NCBI GenBank assembly: GCA_963924565.1
Contig: OZ004614.1
Span: forward strand, 23,188,001 to 23,252,000
Source: Ascidiella aspersa
Lineage: Eukaryota
DNA: 64,000 bases
Direction: 5' to 3'
How positions within the stretch are numbered: position 1 is the stretch's first letter; each line of letters opens with the position of its first letter. Positions 25,067 to 38,752 of this stretch are shown one piece after another. A program made the position numbers and the translations under genes. The notes under the pieces were generated by a model. The model saw only the letters and a list, made by a program, of their open reading frames with translations, did not search any database and was not told the DNA's origin.

Positions 25067-26045
25067 TATGGATGTTCGATACTTGAAATTTCATTCCGAT
25101 ACCGATACCCGATATTTTGGACCAAAAGTATCGCGATCCGATCTGAATGACGTCATCACAAAAGCAAAATAATTCAAAACATGCCCGATATAGTTTAGAC
25201 CAGGGGTTCTTAAACTGGGGTCCATGGACCCCTTGGGGGTCCGCGAACTAGTTTTAGGGGGTCCGTGGAGGCCTACTTGAAATATTAGTTAAATATTTAA
25301 GAAGTCATATTTTTTTAAACAAAACAGTTTGATTAAAATTCAAACGGTTTTGCACTGAATTCTATTTAGACTCTATTTCACTTTCACATTTTCGGACCGA
25401 AATTAGCAAATTTATGAAGTCTATTTGTGTTGTGACGTCAATTTATGACGTCATTTTGGAATTTTTTTGCCGACAGTGGTCCACGCAAGGCAAAAAAAAA
25501 AATTATGGGTGCGCGGTAAAAAAAGTTTAAGAACCCCTGGTTTAGACTTTCTTGTCTCATTCAAAATCGGTCACTATAAGTTCTAGTTTATAAAAGAGGA
25601 ATATATTTTTATAATTGGTATCGGTGCCAATCCGAAACCAATTAAAAATAGAAATTTTAGCCCTGAATTCTCAAAACAGTTTTTATTCAAGTGTATTTGT
25701 CGTCATTAAAGTGCATTAGGGCGAGGAGATATCTTCTTTTTTACATATTCAGTTTACATGACCGATATTTGATGTTTTATTCCGATAACGATCCGATACC
25801 AAACTATTACTATGCACAAGCACAATAGATCAAATTTAAACATTTCGAGGATTTTTTCAGGTTATGAGACTAAAAATTGCTGACAAATACACTTAAATAA
25901 AAACTGTTTAGAATTCAGGGCTAAAATTTCTATATTTAATTGGTTTCGTATTGGCACCGATACCACCCATTATCGGACGAGTACCGATACTACCACTTGG
26001 CATCGGGTATCGGCTCCGATCCGATATTATCGAACATCCTCCCTA
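25067..26045. repeat. Family B: Ac-like (TAGGGATG...CATCCCTA) MITE rich in CCGAT/ATCGG, here interrupted by a hAT MITE
   Basis: Same motifs at about 13500-13570, 17140-17215, 18361-18470, 29775-29840, 42080-42170, 43860-43950, 48150-48538, 55678-55830 and 62460-62520. Confidence 0.65.
25201..25539. mobile_element. hAT (Charlie-like) MITE
   Basis: Perfect 16-bp TIR CAGGGGTTCTTAAACT; perfect 8-bp TSD GTTTAGAC; second copy at 37372-37698. Confidence 0.92.
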
Positions 26046-27872
26046 ATTTCAAACGATACTAGTTTAATAACATGTTATATCTTGCTCTTAAACAAATCTG
26101 TTCTGCAATACACTGTCAATAGGAAGTAAAATACCAGCACCAACAATGTAAACCCTAAACTGTATAACATCCTTAGCAAAAACTCCATAACCTCATTAGC
26201 GCAACCGTCAATCAAATCGCGTCATACAGCAACATAGATGGCTCTCCGCGTTGCTAGAAAGAACACATATTAAAACACCAACGCGTATCTCTAATGATGA
26301 GTAGGGCACAACGTTCGAAATATTGTCAACACTATGCGTTCCCACCCAAAGGAAAAACCTCAAGCGACCCCCCTAGGGAGACGACATTGGCTTTATGAAG
26401 GCAGGACATTCGCCGACCGAAATTCGGTCAAAATTAAAGCTCCGACAGTCGGCATCGACGCGCTGTCTCTTTTTTCCTTTTTGCTTGTGTGCATTAGGGG
26501 TTATTTCGCCCTCGACAACTATCGATTCTTATCATCGATGTTTTTTTTCCGAGCGAGCTAACGCAGCTGAGAAAAATCGCACTTTTTTTCCTGGAGCAAA
26601 ATTTTGCCGGGAGAATTGTTTTGGCTGTTTTTTTAACGAAAAAGTACAAATGTTTAGTTGAAAAAAAAGGTTTTCAAGAACAGAAAACCTGTTTACGTTT
26701 TTATTTCATCTCATTCGAAGGAAGAATCTATATTTTATATTTAATTGTCAGTGGAAAATCTCCTTATTTGCAAACTAGTTTTGGATATTATGTTTGTAAA
26801 AACTGGCGATTTTTGCGGAACAATTATTTTGTTTAAATTAAGTATTCAAACTTCTTGAAAATTCATCTAAACAAAGGAAACTTTACATTTTATTGTCTGC
26901 ACGAAATTGCATAAGCTATTCCTGCAAGGTAATTTAAAATAAAATTATGCAGAAAAAACTAACCCTGACGTCATTATGTTTTACAAAAAAATAGAATACT
27001 TGATAGCAAAATTGCAGGAACATATTTCAATAATGAAAACAAAAACAAAAACAAAACGTTATGAATAAACCTAATGCAAAATTTATTAATATGTCTTGAC
27101 GTTAGATAATAATATATGTACATGATTGAATTCAAAATTACAGCAATTGAATTTACGAGTTTATAATAAGCTCTAACGTTTAACCTATATCTTTCAAAAG
27201 TGACAATAAACGAATCAAATTTCTGACAGTTTGACAAAAAAAGGGTAAAAGTCATCGTTACAAAAATGTGAGATATTAAAAAATATGTTCTTTAACGATT
27301 TCAAAAGCCCATGCAGAAGTAGGAATCATTTTTGACGTTTCGACCATCTCTTTATTCATTTCAACATGTAAACACATATGAACATTATTGAAAATATATG
27401 GGCTTTGATATTCTTAATACGCCTTACTACAACCTCCAACCATTATGTTCCAATGTTTTTTGATAATTTAAAAGGGTTGAAACCGTTATGCAGCTGTCAA
27501 AGCTTAAACGGTATATATTCGGTAGATATAGGATTAACCAGCGCAATATTTTTTCCACACGCCTAAAAGCAAAATTGCGACACCTCTTTTTTTGCGGCAT
27601 AAAATTTAGTAAAGACTAATTACAAAATGACATAAACATAACGTTTATTAGCAGATATGGCATATTTTTTTGTCTACATTTTTTTTATAGATTTAAACTA
27701 AAAACTTTTGTAGATGTTTTTTGTATTGGGAAACACTGCTCCTCTTAAATGTTGCATAACCGCCTTTATTTAAGTCCTAAAAAATCTGAAAACAAATTCC
27801 TAAACAGCTGATTATTTTTGAAAGATTCTATGAAATTGGTCGTATTTGTCTAATCCTAAGAATCATTTCTAT

Positions 27873-27910
27873 TTGACCTGATGAAGCACGGTTGCGCGAA
27901 AGCTTGTCGA
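27873..27910 (+). ncRNA. Minimal type I hammerhead ribozyme motif, core intact (family H1)
   Basis: TTGAC CTGATGA A GCAC GGTT GCGC GAAA GCTT GTCGA. Stem I is 5 bp, stem II has one mismatch, stem III is palindromic AAGCTT. Confidence 0.75.
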
Positions 27911-28173
27911 GAATTCAATACATTTGGACTTTATATATTTTGCCACCTGATTACCCTATTTAAAAGAGCTAAACAACAAACGTGTTTTGTTTGCACTACG
28001 GAGCGAAGCGAGGCTTGCAACAACATACGGACGTAACAGCAGCAAAAGTTAAGCAAGGTTAAATTTTCGTTTTCGCGCAACCAGTTTTATCGCGCCAGGG
28101 ACTCATGAATAATGCAGGGACGACGCAGGTATCTGAGCTATGTCGACATTCGCGCCGCCACCACCTCGAAAAG

Positions 28174-28315
28174 NNNNNNNNNNNNNNNNNNNNNNNNNNN
28201 NNNNNNNNNNNNNNNNNNNNNNNNNNNNNNNNNNNNNNNNNNNNNNNNNNNNNNNNNNNNNNNNNNNNNNNNNNNNNNNNNNNNNNNNNNNNNNNNNNNN
28301 NNNNNNNNNNNNNNN
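28174..28315. other. Assembly gap (142 N)
   Basis: Run of N. Confidence 1.
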
Positions 28316-28735
28316 ACCTGATTGCAAAGTTTGCAAGAATATGCACAAGACCCACTTTTATGTTTTCGCCAACTTTACACATCTCTTTAAAGATTGTTAC
28401 TCCGGCTGGAATGCGTGTGCGCGCGCTAGAGTGTGTGCGCGCATATGCCCCGTTGGAAAAGTTGGCGAAACTAATTCACAGGGTGCACTTTTATGTTTTC
28501 GTGCCTTCGCTAACTTTTCACATGACTTTAAAGTTTGGTTCTCTGGAAACCATGCCTGGAATGCGTGTGTACATTGGAACGTGCGTGCGCGCGTGGGTGT
28601 GTGTATGCGTGAGTGTGCGCGAGCATACTCCCTCTTTGCAAAAGTTTGCAAGAATATGCACAAGACCAACTTGTTTTTGCCAAACTTTTCGCATAATTCT
28701 GAAGCCTTTTTTCCAAATTCCGGCTGGTATACGCG
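28316..28735. repeat. Degenerate tandem repeat (~135-180 bp units) with GT/GC-rich cores, next to the gap
   Basis: AAAGTTTGCAAGAATATGCACAAGACC occurs at ~28326 and ~28641; CTGGAATGCGTGTG occurs at ~28406 and ~28556. Confidence 0.7.
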
Positions 28736-31700
28736 ACTTAATACTGGATTCCTATTGGTGGCTGTTTAGTTTTGCTTATTTCTCAATCTCATAGGTCAAT
28801 GTCCATTAGTGTATTAACAAACAGTATACCATAAGAGATTTTTGAGTTTGACGCGAAAGGTTTTTTTGTCGTTTTGCAAAATAAGCTAATATTCGTCTTA
28901 CTAATGGGCATGGAGACAAGCATGCGAGATTAAAAAAAAAAATTAATATTTTTTTATATTCTATAGGTGCCGCAAGCACCAAAGGTTTGCCACTGGTTAC
29001 ATGTTTTCGTGAATAGTACCAGGCCTTTCTTGATGTTGTTAACCATTTGTCAAATTGATATGGATGCATAAAGCTTTCGTTTGCAAACAATATTTTAATC
29101 CATATTGTGCTTAACCCTCGCTTGTTTATACCCTTATTTGTAACAGAACTGGACTTTAAAATGTTCATTGTTGCCTTTCCTCCAATTCCTGATTAGTTAA
29201 CATGCATGTTTTCCACTTGATTTTTTACAGCTTAGTTCTATTTGAATGGCGCTCGCAATGCAATCGATTCGCAATTCTAATCAAAATTATATCGCTTTTT
29301 TTTAATTCGTTTATGTCAAACAGAAACCGACTTTAAATTTACAACGCAAATTTGTTTTTGATTTTTTTCCACTTTGGAAACGGCTAGACTATAGTTCTAG
29401 CCCTATCGCCATCGTCAATCTTTGTAAACCATTTTGGTTAGTTTTCGTATTCGTTTGTTCCTTTTGCATCACAGATCGGAAAAAAAACAAGGAAAAGGCT
29501 ATTGCCTAGCCAAATGGACAGCTGGCGTTTTTAGAGCGGCCACTTACACTTAAGCTTGTAGCGCTTAAAACGCGGGACGTAGATAGAAACGGCGAAGTTA
29601 TAGCCTCGTGTGTGGCGCAAATTCCCGAGTAATTGCGGCATTTCGACGTCTCTTAATTCCGCCTGGCCGCGTAGAATAGCGCGTTTTGCGGGCGCAGCGA
29701 AAAATGCGTCTTGACACTCTGCGATCTAATCTGACAGCTTGTCTAGATATGCGTTTTGGTGATGCTGTCTGGTATACGGATGTCCGATCGGATCGGAGCC
29801 GATACCTATTGCCAAGTGGTATTCCGACCAAGGTCTTATTGGTGCCAAACCCATACTACAGTGATTTGTGTATTTCAGCCTGTTTAGTGATCAAACTGAG
29901 TATTTCTTACTGTAAAATGCTATAATCTGACTAAGCGCTTTCTTATTGAAATAGCATAACAAAATAAAACACATTTAACTGTTATAAAAAAATATTACGC
30001 TGACACGTTTCAATTCAATTAACTTTTCTGATTTGAGCATAGTAATTACGCAATTTGTTTTTAAAGCCGGCTTTCTGCCTAAAATATCAGGTATCAGTAT
30101 AAAATCCGAATTATCGGATATTCTTACTAGCAAGAAGGGGTCGACCGACATCACATTTTTCTTTCAATTAATTCAACATATAAAAAAGTAAATTTAATTG
30201 TAGAATTCTTATTTTTAAATACTAAATTTGCTTTATACCACACACCATAGTCATTAAGCCCTGAAAATGAAAGCAAATGGAAAATTTACAAGTTCAAAAA
30301 TCAGAAATAGTGTTTGCTTTTAGGGCAAACCCATATAACATTTTCACAGTAAAATATTGGTCCAAATTTACCGATACCGATATATCGGTAGGACTGAAAT
30401 ATCGTCCGATATTATCGGTACACCGATATACATATGGTTTAACTCTAGTATTAAGTGCATCAGTATAGCGCCTGTTTTTCTGTGGCTAAACGGTTCTTAG
30501 GTTACGCCAATCAGTCTGAGCAGCCTGATTATTACCGCGCGGTTCGGATATGATCAATTGGGTAAACACTGCAGCGCTAAAAGTGTATGGGCGATTAGAT
30601 CTAAGTCTAGGAAGCTGCTGAACTTTGCCTGAGGTTTTAAATCGCGAGAGACAAACCAAAATTATGCCAAGACTGCGTGCTATACGGAAGCCTGGAAATC
30701 CGAATCCTATCTGTATTGCTCTCTAACACAAATAATAAAACCGTTTGCGGTATTTTTTACTATTCTATTTATTAGGTAACTAAATAGTGTTTTTAAAAAA
30801 CCCCGAAGCCATATTATTCGATTAAATCGACATTTTGCCATTCGTTTAAAAGCGGTAATTGTTAAGGCATGAGCTACTGCTACTAGGTATACACCTCGAA
30901 ATGTCGAACACGTATAGGCTTCGGTATTGTCATTGTTAACAGCAAATTGTCGATTTTATCAAACACGTTCGCTTAGGTATTTCATTCAAATTAGAATAAA
31001 GGCCTTGTGTAGTGCTAAAATAGTTATCGATTTTGCAATAGCTAACCAAATTAGATCTTGATGATCTCCATTTCCATCTATAAAAATCCGCTTGACAATA
31101 ATGAAAACAAACATTTAGTTTTGCTAACTAAGCGCTGCAAAAACCAACTGAATCTTAGCCTAGCAACAGCTGTTAAAATCAAGTTTCCTCAGCAAAAATT
31201 CGCAGCAGCCTTAACTCGGCGCACAAACAACAAACAAGAAAACTTTAGCTTTCTTCTATTCCCGTTAATGAGCAACTAAATAGTTGTTTCAATAGAAATA
31301 CCGAAGTAAGGCACAATTTTATGGATTCGGTATTTTTATTAAATTTGCAAATAAATCCTTGTAATGTGTTAAAATAGCTATAGGTATCGTTTTTGCAAAA
31401 GCGAAACTAAATTAAACTAAATTGCTAACTAAATTGTTTTGCTAACTAAATTAAATCTTGAAGATATGACTTGCTAGCAAATTGCTGCAAAAACAACTTC
31501 ACGGCTGCCGACTCAATCCAAGCCTGGCAACAGCTGTTAAAATCAAGTTTCCAAATCAAAAAATTGACGTCGCAAACCAACCGCCAAAACCAAAGCTACC
31601 TTGACCCGACTTACAAAAAACAAACATGGCCGATGACCCCAAATCGCCGCAAGCGTCGCTGCGGGCTTTCAGGCCGCAAGGGACCGTAGAACGCGACACA

Positions 31701-33419
31701 CCGTTCGCATTCGCGTAATTGCACTTGCCCTGTGTGTCCCGCAGGGGCTTGATTAGCTTAGCTTGAAGGCCTTTGTGACGTCATAGGAAAGCGCGCGACG
31801 CGACTGCGAGGGGCTAAAGCGAGGGCACGACCGTTCATCTGGGACTTGTAAGTTTCCCGAGGTCGCTGTGTTGTTTCCAAGTCGGTAATTTGACGGCGAT
31901 GTTCGACATTAAATTTCGCTTGTAGCTCGTTTGTCTTTGAGGCTCGGTGGGAATGCTTTAGGCTGGATACGATCCAAGATGGCGCGCGATTGTAAGGCTG
32001 TCTCTAACAGTTAAGTGAGTTGGGATTTGTGAGAATGACATTTCTACATTGCCTCTCCATAAACACATGCTCAGTCATTCCTCGGCGAACGTTTTGGCGC
32101 GCTGAGGTTTTCAGAGTGTTCTATTTCCGGAAGTTGGACCGCTTATAAGCTGGAGTTTTACGCATACTTTGTGTTAGCTATAAACATAATTTTAGCATAA
32201 GATATTGATAAAATATTAATATTCATTTTTATGAATATCTACAGTTAGCCATATTACCATTTATTAGTCCAGGTGTCTCGCTAAATTTTTCGCGATACAA
32301 ATTAAAAGACAATATACTCTTCCAAAAGAGTCATAGCTTGTAGTCAATAGCAATCGGGATATGAAGCATAAGGGTTAGAGGTTGTACTACGAAGTAGTGA
32401 GAATATCAAAGCCCATACAGAAGTAGGTAGCATTTTGAACGTTTCGAATAAATCTTCATTCATTTTTAACATAATTCAGACGACGTTGAAAATCAGGTTC
32501 TTCCTTTTTATTTTTAGATCAGATAAAAATGCATAGCTACTCAAGTTTGACACGTCCTTTCGATTTCAAGTCCCCAAACAGCATCTCATATAACAGTTCG
32601 CAGAGGTCACAGACCTGCGCTTTTATAACATGAGCCTTGTTCTCCCCATGGGGTGTTGCGTGTTTCGATAACGAGCTGGCATGTTTCCTGTGTTGTTTGG
32701 CTTGATGTGATTTGTATGGAGAAATAATGGCAATGGAACGAACCGCTAACTTGAAGGGCCTGGGGAATTTTTTTGAAACAAATTAGATAAATCGAAATGT
32801 CACTGGTTTGTTTGTAAATCAGGACCCAATTTTCTCATTGTTAGTTATTGTTGATAAGAAATAAATAAGAAATACCGTGCGAAAAAAAATAAATCCGATT
32901 GTGTTTACGTATTATTTATTTATCGCTTTCAGAGAATTTTAGAAAATTTAAAACAAAAATCACGCAAAATATTTCTTTAAACTTTAAATGCGCTAAACGA
33001 AATAACGTTCAACAGGGAATTGCAAGGTTAAAGCGTTTTACGAAGCAAATATAGTACTTATCAAAAGTTTGGAGAAAAAACATTTTACAAAAAATGAATT
33101 TTATCAAAATTAAATTTTTCCAAAATTGAAATTAATTTCGAAAATGATGAAAAAGCTGCGCACTTTTAAATTTCGTACAGGTAACCGAAATATTTGTCGT
33201 TTAAATCTTTTCTTCGACCTGGCACAGCACTGTTGCTTGCCAATATCGAACGGCAAGTTGTCTTTGACCAGTGCAAGCTGTTCCACAAATTACAGATCGT
33301 ACGAACGAGATTGATCAAAGCAAGCGCTTTGAGAATGTTTTTCATCTCAAAAACGTGCCGGGTTACAAAACCTATAAACATCGAATTTAAACCGAAATAG
33401 AAAGGTATCATCATTTAAT

Positions 33420-33570
33420 CGACTTGCATCATTGATCGACAGATTCGGTGAGTCGGCGATGGCCTTCGGTGTGCTATAACAGGTAAGCCGTAATCGTTGG
33501 TCAAAAAGCAACTTCAAAAGGGCCAGACCGCCTTTGTTAAACGCATATTTGTCTGTGTATCTTTGATTGA
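33420..33570 (+). mobile_element. SINE 3' body fragment (also at 54945-55080, 56645-56720 and 43660-43770)
   Basis: GATCGACAGATTCGGTGAGTCGGCGATGGC...GGTCAAAAAGC is shared with the SINE copies. Confidence 0.6.
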
Positions 33571-36500
33571 AAAAGAAAGGCCTTTTCGGCCGAAAAAACT
33601 GTAAGCCACTATAACAGGGCGAAGCGGAGATGGGTCAATATCGAAGAAATCCCAGCGCACACGGCTCATTACCCCTAATTAATCGACGCCCAGGTTGTCA
33701 AAAACTTTAAAAAGGGTCCCAGCGGGTCGTATGCAAATGGCGGTCGCCTTAGCGGCATTTGACAAATGGCCAACGTCTTAGGAACTGACGGCTCGTGCAT
33801 CTTGCTGTTTAAGTCCGAATGAGGCGCGTTTTGTCTCGTTTAGGTGTGAAAGGATATCAATTTCCGCGGTTCTCCCATGTGACTGAGGGTTAAGACCGTG
33901 AAGCCATACAGATAACCGACCGCTCTGCCGCAAAAATTAGGACTAAAATCCATAAACCTTGTGGAACTGCATTAAACAATGGAGACAAAGGACTGACATC
34001 CATGAAAATGCATTCGTGAGCCGAAGTTCTGGAAAGTGGTTTGAGGGTGTTTTTTTTTTTCAATGACTGGACATTAGGTGTTTTCATTTAATATTTCATT
34101 ATAAAATTCAGCTGTTATCATTATTTTTTGAAACTTGACTTTTTAAATCATGTCATTAAATTTCTTGGAAGTGGAACTTACTTAATTTCAAAATAACTTG
34201 TTTACAACACGGGTTAGTAGTCTATGTTTTTGGATGAAATAGCTGCGGTCTTTAATAGTAGCCAACAAAGCAGAACCTTAATAAAGCCCTGGGCACTTTT
34301 TTTGCGGGAACAAACTATAACCTGACCTATACAAAGCAACAATATGTAAAGCAGAACAATCTACAATATCACAGTTTTGAGACCAACGACAAAACACAGC
34401 CAAAAACGCAGTCATAACACAACACAACAAAATCTGAAATCGTCTGTCAGAATTTTGTATTTACACGAAGTGCAAAAAAGGTTAAACTTATAAAACGACT
34501 TTATTCGTATCCTCCAGACTTTGTCGTTTGACGCACGATACCTTTATAAATTAATTTATTTGAGAAAAATGGTTCGACATACCTCAAAAAAAGGTTACAA
34601 TCTAAAAAAAATTATGTTCTACCCTTGACTGGTTGTTCTACGGGCGTACATTTAAAAAAAATGTTCTTTAACAAAATAGTTGGACAATACCTCAATAAGA
34701 AAGTTTCAATTCAACACGTGCTATACAAATCAATCGCCAAGGCGCAAAGCACAGGAAATCAACGCAGAGCGAAAGCCGGGGAACAAAAAACGCACCCATA
34801 GGCGACCGGGGGCCCGGGGCCGAGACAGTGACCACTGACCGTTGGGTAAGTCAACAATAAAAACCCGCTGACCCTCTTATGCTCTCAACAAGGTGATCTA
34901 TCAAATAAATGGGGCGTACGACGCTATACGCTCACCCTTTTCTATTTGAAGTCTCGCCCAAAGGGACAGTATACCGTGGTATATGGGGTCCGGCATGGGT
35001 CATTAGGGGCACGGGGGACGTATGGGGTGCGCAAGGGGACTGGGGGGTTACTCATAAGAGAACAAGACAAGCTGTGGCGGTATACGCACGATTTCGCTTT
35101 GGTCGTCGCAAGGCTAATTAGTAAACCTATAGTGCTAGGGTGCTAACAGGATGGTAGGCGTAAACCTCACAACGCAACCTTTTTTGGATTTTTCTTTGAT
35201 ATTTTATAGTTTGGCCGAAACGCGAAAACACATCGCTCCGGTTCAGGTGGGATTTTTTATTTTTTTTGGTTATCGATTTTACAGAGGAAACCGATTTGCT
35301 GCATTACCGGTTAGTACTGATTGGTTGGCATTCCTATATAAATGTCGACTTGTCGATGGTGACTAGATTTGCTTTTAAGTTTGTAACCTTTTAATTAATT
35401 TAGGTAAACATAATAATAATGAATGAAAAATATAATTATATCCTGCGTCGAAGTTGCCTTTATTCTCAAATATAGTCATCGCATTCCTTAATGTCCAATG
35501 AGCAAAGCAACATCTCAAAATGCAAGTAAAACTCATAAACTTTAGCTATACACCTATTGCAAGGCTGTGCGTTCAACACATAACCCTGTGAAAACAAAAA
35601 AACTTTAGGTTGTTTGACGTAGACTGAATAACAAAGCCTATACCGAATTAGGTAGCATTTTCAGGTTCAACATGATGCAAAAGCTCCACTATAAAAAGCT
35701 TTTCAAGTCGGCATGAAACGCTTTCCAGTCTAACTTCATAGAATTCATAAATAGTGTAGTGTTGAAATCTTATTGCGGTCATCTTGTAATATAATGATTT
35801 AGCAACTATCACAACACGTGTTCGATTAACAGTCAATGCATGGGATACGGGCCGTTTGACAATAGGTCAGTCGGTTGTTCAAAAATACAACACTTAAAAC
35901 CTCTGTATACAAACAGTGTTGTTACCAAATAACGTAAACGACAAAAATAAATGTTTGTTGGTTACATGTGTATGTAAAATAAAATTAAAAACATAAAAAC
36001 ATAAAAACAGTGGGCCTCAAAATTGCACGAATCAGCAAGAATTATACGCAACTAGCGCAAAACTTCCAAACCTGTGCTGATACCTTGACTAACAAACACA
36101 TCACTCCTAAGAAGCGATCGGTATATAATAGGTAACGCTACCATTCTGTTATACGTAATCATGCTTTTTTGTGTTGATAAACTTTCAACAACAATGACAT
36201 AAGTCCATGACTTGGCCGAAGTGCACTTGAGTTACTGTATGCAAATGGGGTCTTTTATGCAAATGACTTGGGTTGGTAAATGTTTTCATAAAGCATTTTT
36301 TAATAAACATGGGCTATGTATTCTAAGTTTTGCACATAAACTGGTTTGCTTTCTATTAATTGCGTTTTTTTGGTATTGCTCATAATCGGACGAATTTATA
36401 CAATTAATAGTTTAACTTGTGATTTTTATGACCAGGACTTGACTTGAAATTAACTTGCTCTCCTTGTGACTTGTTATTTATTCAAAAAGACTTGCCTTAT

Positions 36501-37300
36501 ACTTCAGTTATTTCAAAATGACTTGTTTACAACACTGACTTCAGTTGAACAACTATAGTTAAAATAGACCATACCCTGAAACCTTGCATCCTGAAACAAA
36601 CCACTAAACACTAAGGCGGGCCTCAATATATTAAACCAAACTTTGATCAAGATTTGGTTGGCCACTTCATTATATATGGAAAGCTCGTGATGAATTTGAC
36701 CCAGCGGACTTGACTTGGGTTATTTAGTGAAAGAAGCTTTCCGGAAGAGTTCTTCTGAAGCACCGAGACTAATTTGAAGATTTATGACGTTGAGATAAAA
36801 TATTCAGATAGGCAAGAACTGCAGCGGCCGATATTATCAGGTGCGAAGTTGTACAAGTATTTTGGAGAATAAGAATAGACCGGATAAGCGGACCTTTGAG
36901 CTGGAGTCTTGGGGATTATAGACCGCGAATTTTACGTTCGTTTCAAATGCTTTTAAGGGAGATTTAGGTGCTTTTAAGGGGCCACAAGATCACCAAAAGT
37001 AATGCATTCAGCATAAAACTTTGAATGTTTTTTGGGACTATAGAGCGTCTGCTCAAAATGTAGTGCGAATTTTTGTAAAGCTTAACGAAATTGACGTTAT
37101 TCTTGAGAAAATATTCGGATCACATAATACCCTAACTTAATAAAAGACTTGACAAGGACTCAAATCAAACGGTATAAATGCTATGGCCAACACAATAATA
37201 AAACCAAATACACAATTTTAGCTAAAAATTAAGTAAAATTAAAGACTATTCAAAGGCTTAAAAAAACATAGGCTTTTCAAAGACTCTTCAATACGTAAAT

Positions 37301-37918
37301 CAGTGTTTATCAACCTATGGGTCGCGAACCAAAATTGGGTCGCCGACTGAAGTATTTTTGTATGGATAGATCAGGGTTTCGTAAACTGGGGGCTATGGAC
37401 CCCTTAGGGATATTAGGGGGCCCATGAAGGCCTAATTAAAGAACTAGTGTATACTTAAAGTAATTAATTTTTAAAAGAAAACACTTTAATTCTAAATTAA
37501 ACGGTTTTGCACTGAATGTATAGTTAGACTCCATTTAACTTTCACACTTTTCGGACCGAAATAACAGAGTTATGAAGTCTATTTGTATTGTGACGTCAAT
37601 TTATGACGTCATTTTGAAGCATTTCTTGTCTACGGGGGTCCATGCAAAGCTAAAAAAAAATTTAGGGGTCCGCGGTAAAAAACATTTAAGAACCCCTGGG
37701 TTAGATTAATTGGTTCTCAGCAAGATTTCTTTAAAAATTACGAAAATTGCGGAAGCAGTACCAAGACATGGTTTCTATTTATTAAAATGACTTGATAAAT
37801 GCTACTGTCCTATTTCTTCTTTGTTCACTTTAGGCTTGCAAAAAGTTCAGTGAAGATAATTGGGTCGTCAAAGTTTCACCGTTATACTATCGCGGCGGAA
37901 AAAGGTTGACAAAAACTG
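37301..37918. mobile_element. hAT (Charlie-like) MITE, outer element of the nest
   Basis: TIRs CAGTGTTTATCAACCT / AGGTTGACAAAAACTG; perfect 8-bp TSD ACGTAAAT. Confidence 0.88.
37372..37698. mobile_element. Second copy of the 25201 hAT MITE, nested in another hAT MITE
   Basis: Colinear with 25201-25539; TSD GGATAGAT / GGTTAGAT. Confidence 0.88.
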
Positions 37919-37992
37919 ACGTAAATGACAGCAAAAATGAAAAAAAATATTGTTGTCAAAGCCGAATAGGTCGAGTAGATCGACATCATCTT

Positions 37993-38036
37993 GATAAAGA
38001 CGTTTCGATTCGCACTTGTTGCATCACAATTTAATG
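37993..38036 (-). ncRNA. Degenerate hammerhead copy, family H2
   Basis: ...TGTGATGCAACAAGTGCGAATC GAAACGTC TTTATCAAGATGATGTCGAT. GAAAC-GUC is intact, CUGAUGA is mutated, and the 3' flank is shared with positions 73-118. Confidence 0.55.
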
Positions 38037-38192
38037 TGACTGAAAATACAGTTAACCCTGTTTAACCTAAATTGGAATCCAAGTCATTACAACAATAAGG
38101 GGCCAGGAAAACGCCAACAATCTTATTTAAGGAAAATAGCGCAAAACATTCAAAGATTCAAACTTAGCGGCAACCTTGTTACTTCAGCCTAC

Positions 38193-38419
38193 CTCGTGGT
38201 CTGCCGCTCGGTCCGATGCCGTGCTCAGGTACTTTTCATCGACCGGTGCTTTCCCGTGGAAATGCAGGTCGTCGTTGCGGGGGGCGTGGCCAGCTTGGAC
38301 AGCGTTTGGAGCCACGCCCATTTCCAGCCTGGCGTTTTGCTTATTACCGGTACTGTTACTGCTGCTCTTGCTGCTGCCAATGCTCTTTACTTCTGGGTGG
38401 GACTTTTCTGTGTATCCTT
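38193..38419 (-). CDS. Host gene, coding exon 3 (EGYTEKSHPEVKSIG...DRAADHE)
   Basis: Acceptor gtctatgttacag|AA and donor GAG|GTAGGC. 227 nt, open, phase 1 in and phase 0 out. Confidence 0.8.
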
Positions 38420-38752
38420 CTGTAACATAGACAAGTTATTAAATAAATTATTCTTTGAATTCCTTGCTCTATTTTTCATTTATCAATGACTTTTTTGAGT
38501 CAGCTAAAGATTAATAAGCTAAAGTTGGCTCTATCGTTAAAAAAATATGTTAGACAATCATTTGCTATTTTCTGATAAATTTTCATTTACAAAGTTGAAT
38601 TATTTCGTTTGATTGCCAACCATGGCTTAAAATGAAGTCATCCATTGCAGCTTAGCGCAAGAGGAGTTTCAAAATCGATCTGTATTTCACAATCAATCAT
38701 CGATGTCCCGTTTTAAATAAATCGCCAATCGACCCCGACGCAATTCCGATGA

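Noticed and set aside
28059-28794. Long ORFs of 107-229 aa
   Set aside because: Artefacts of the N gap and a stop-poor tandem repeat.
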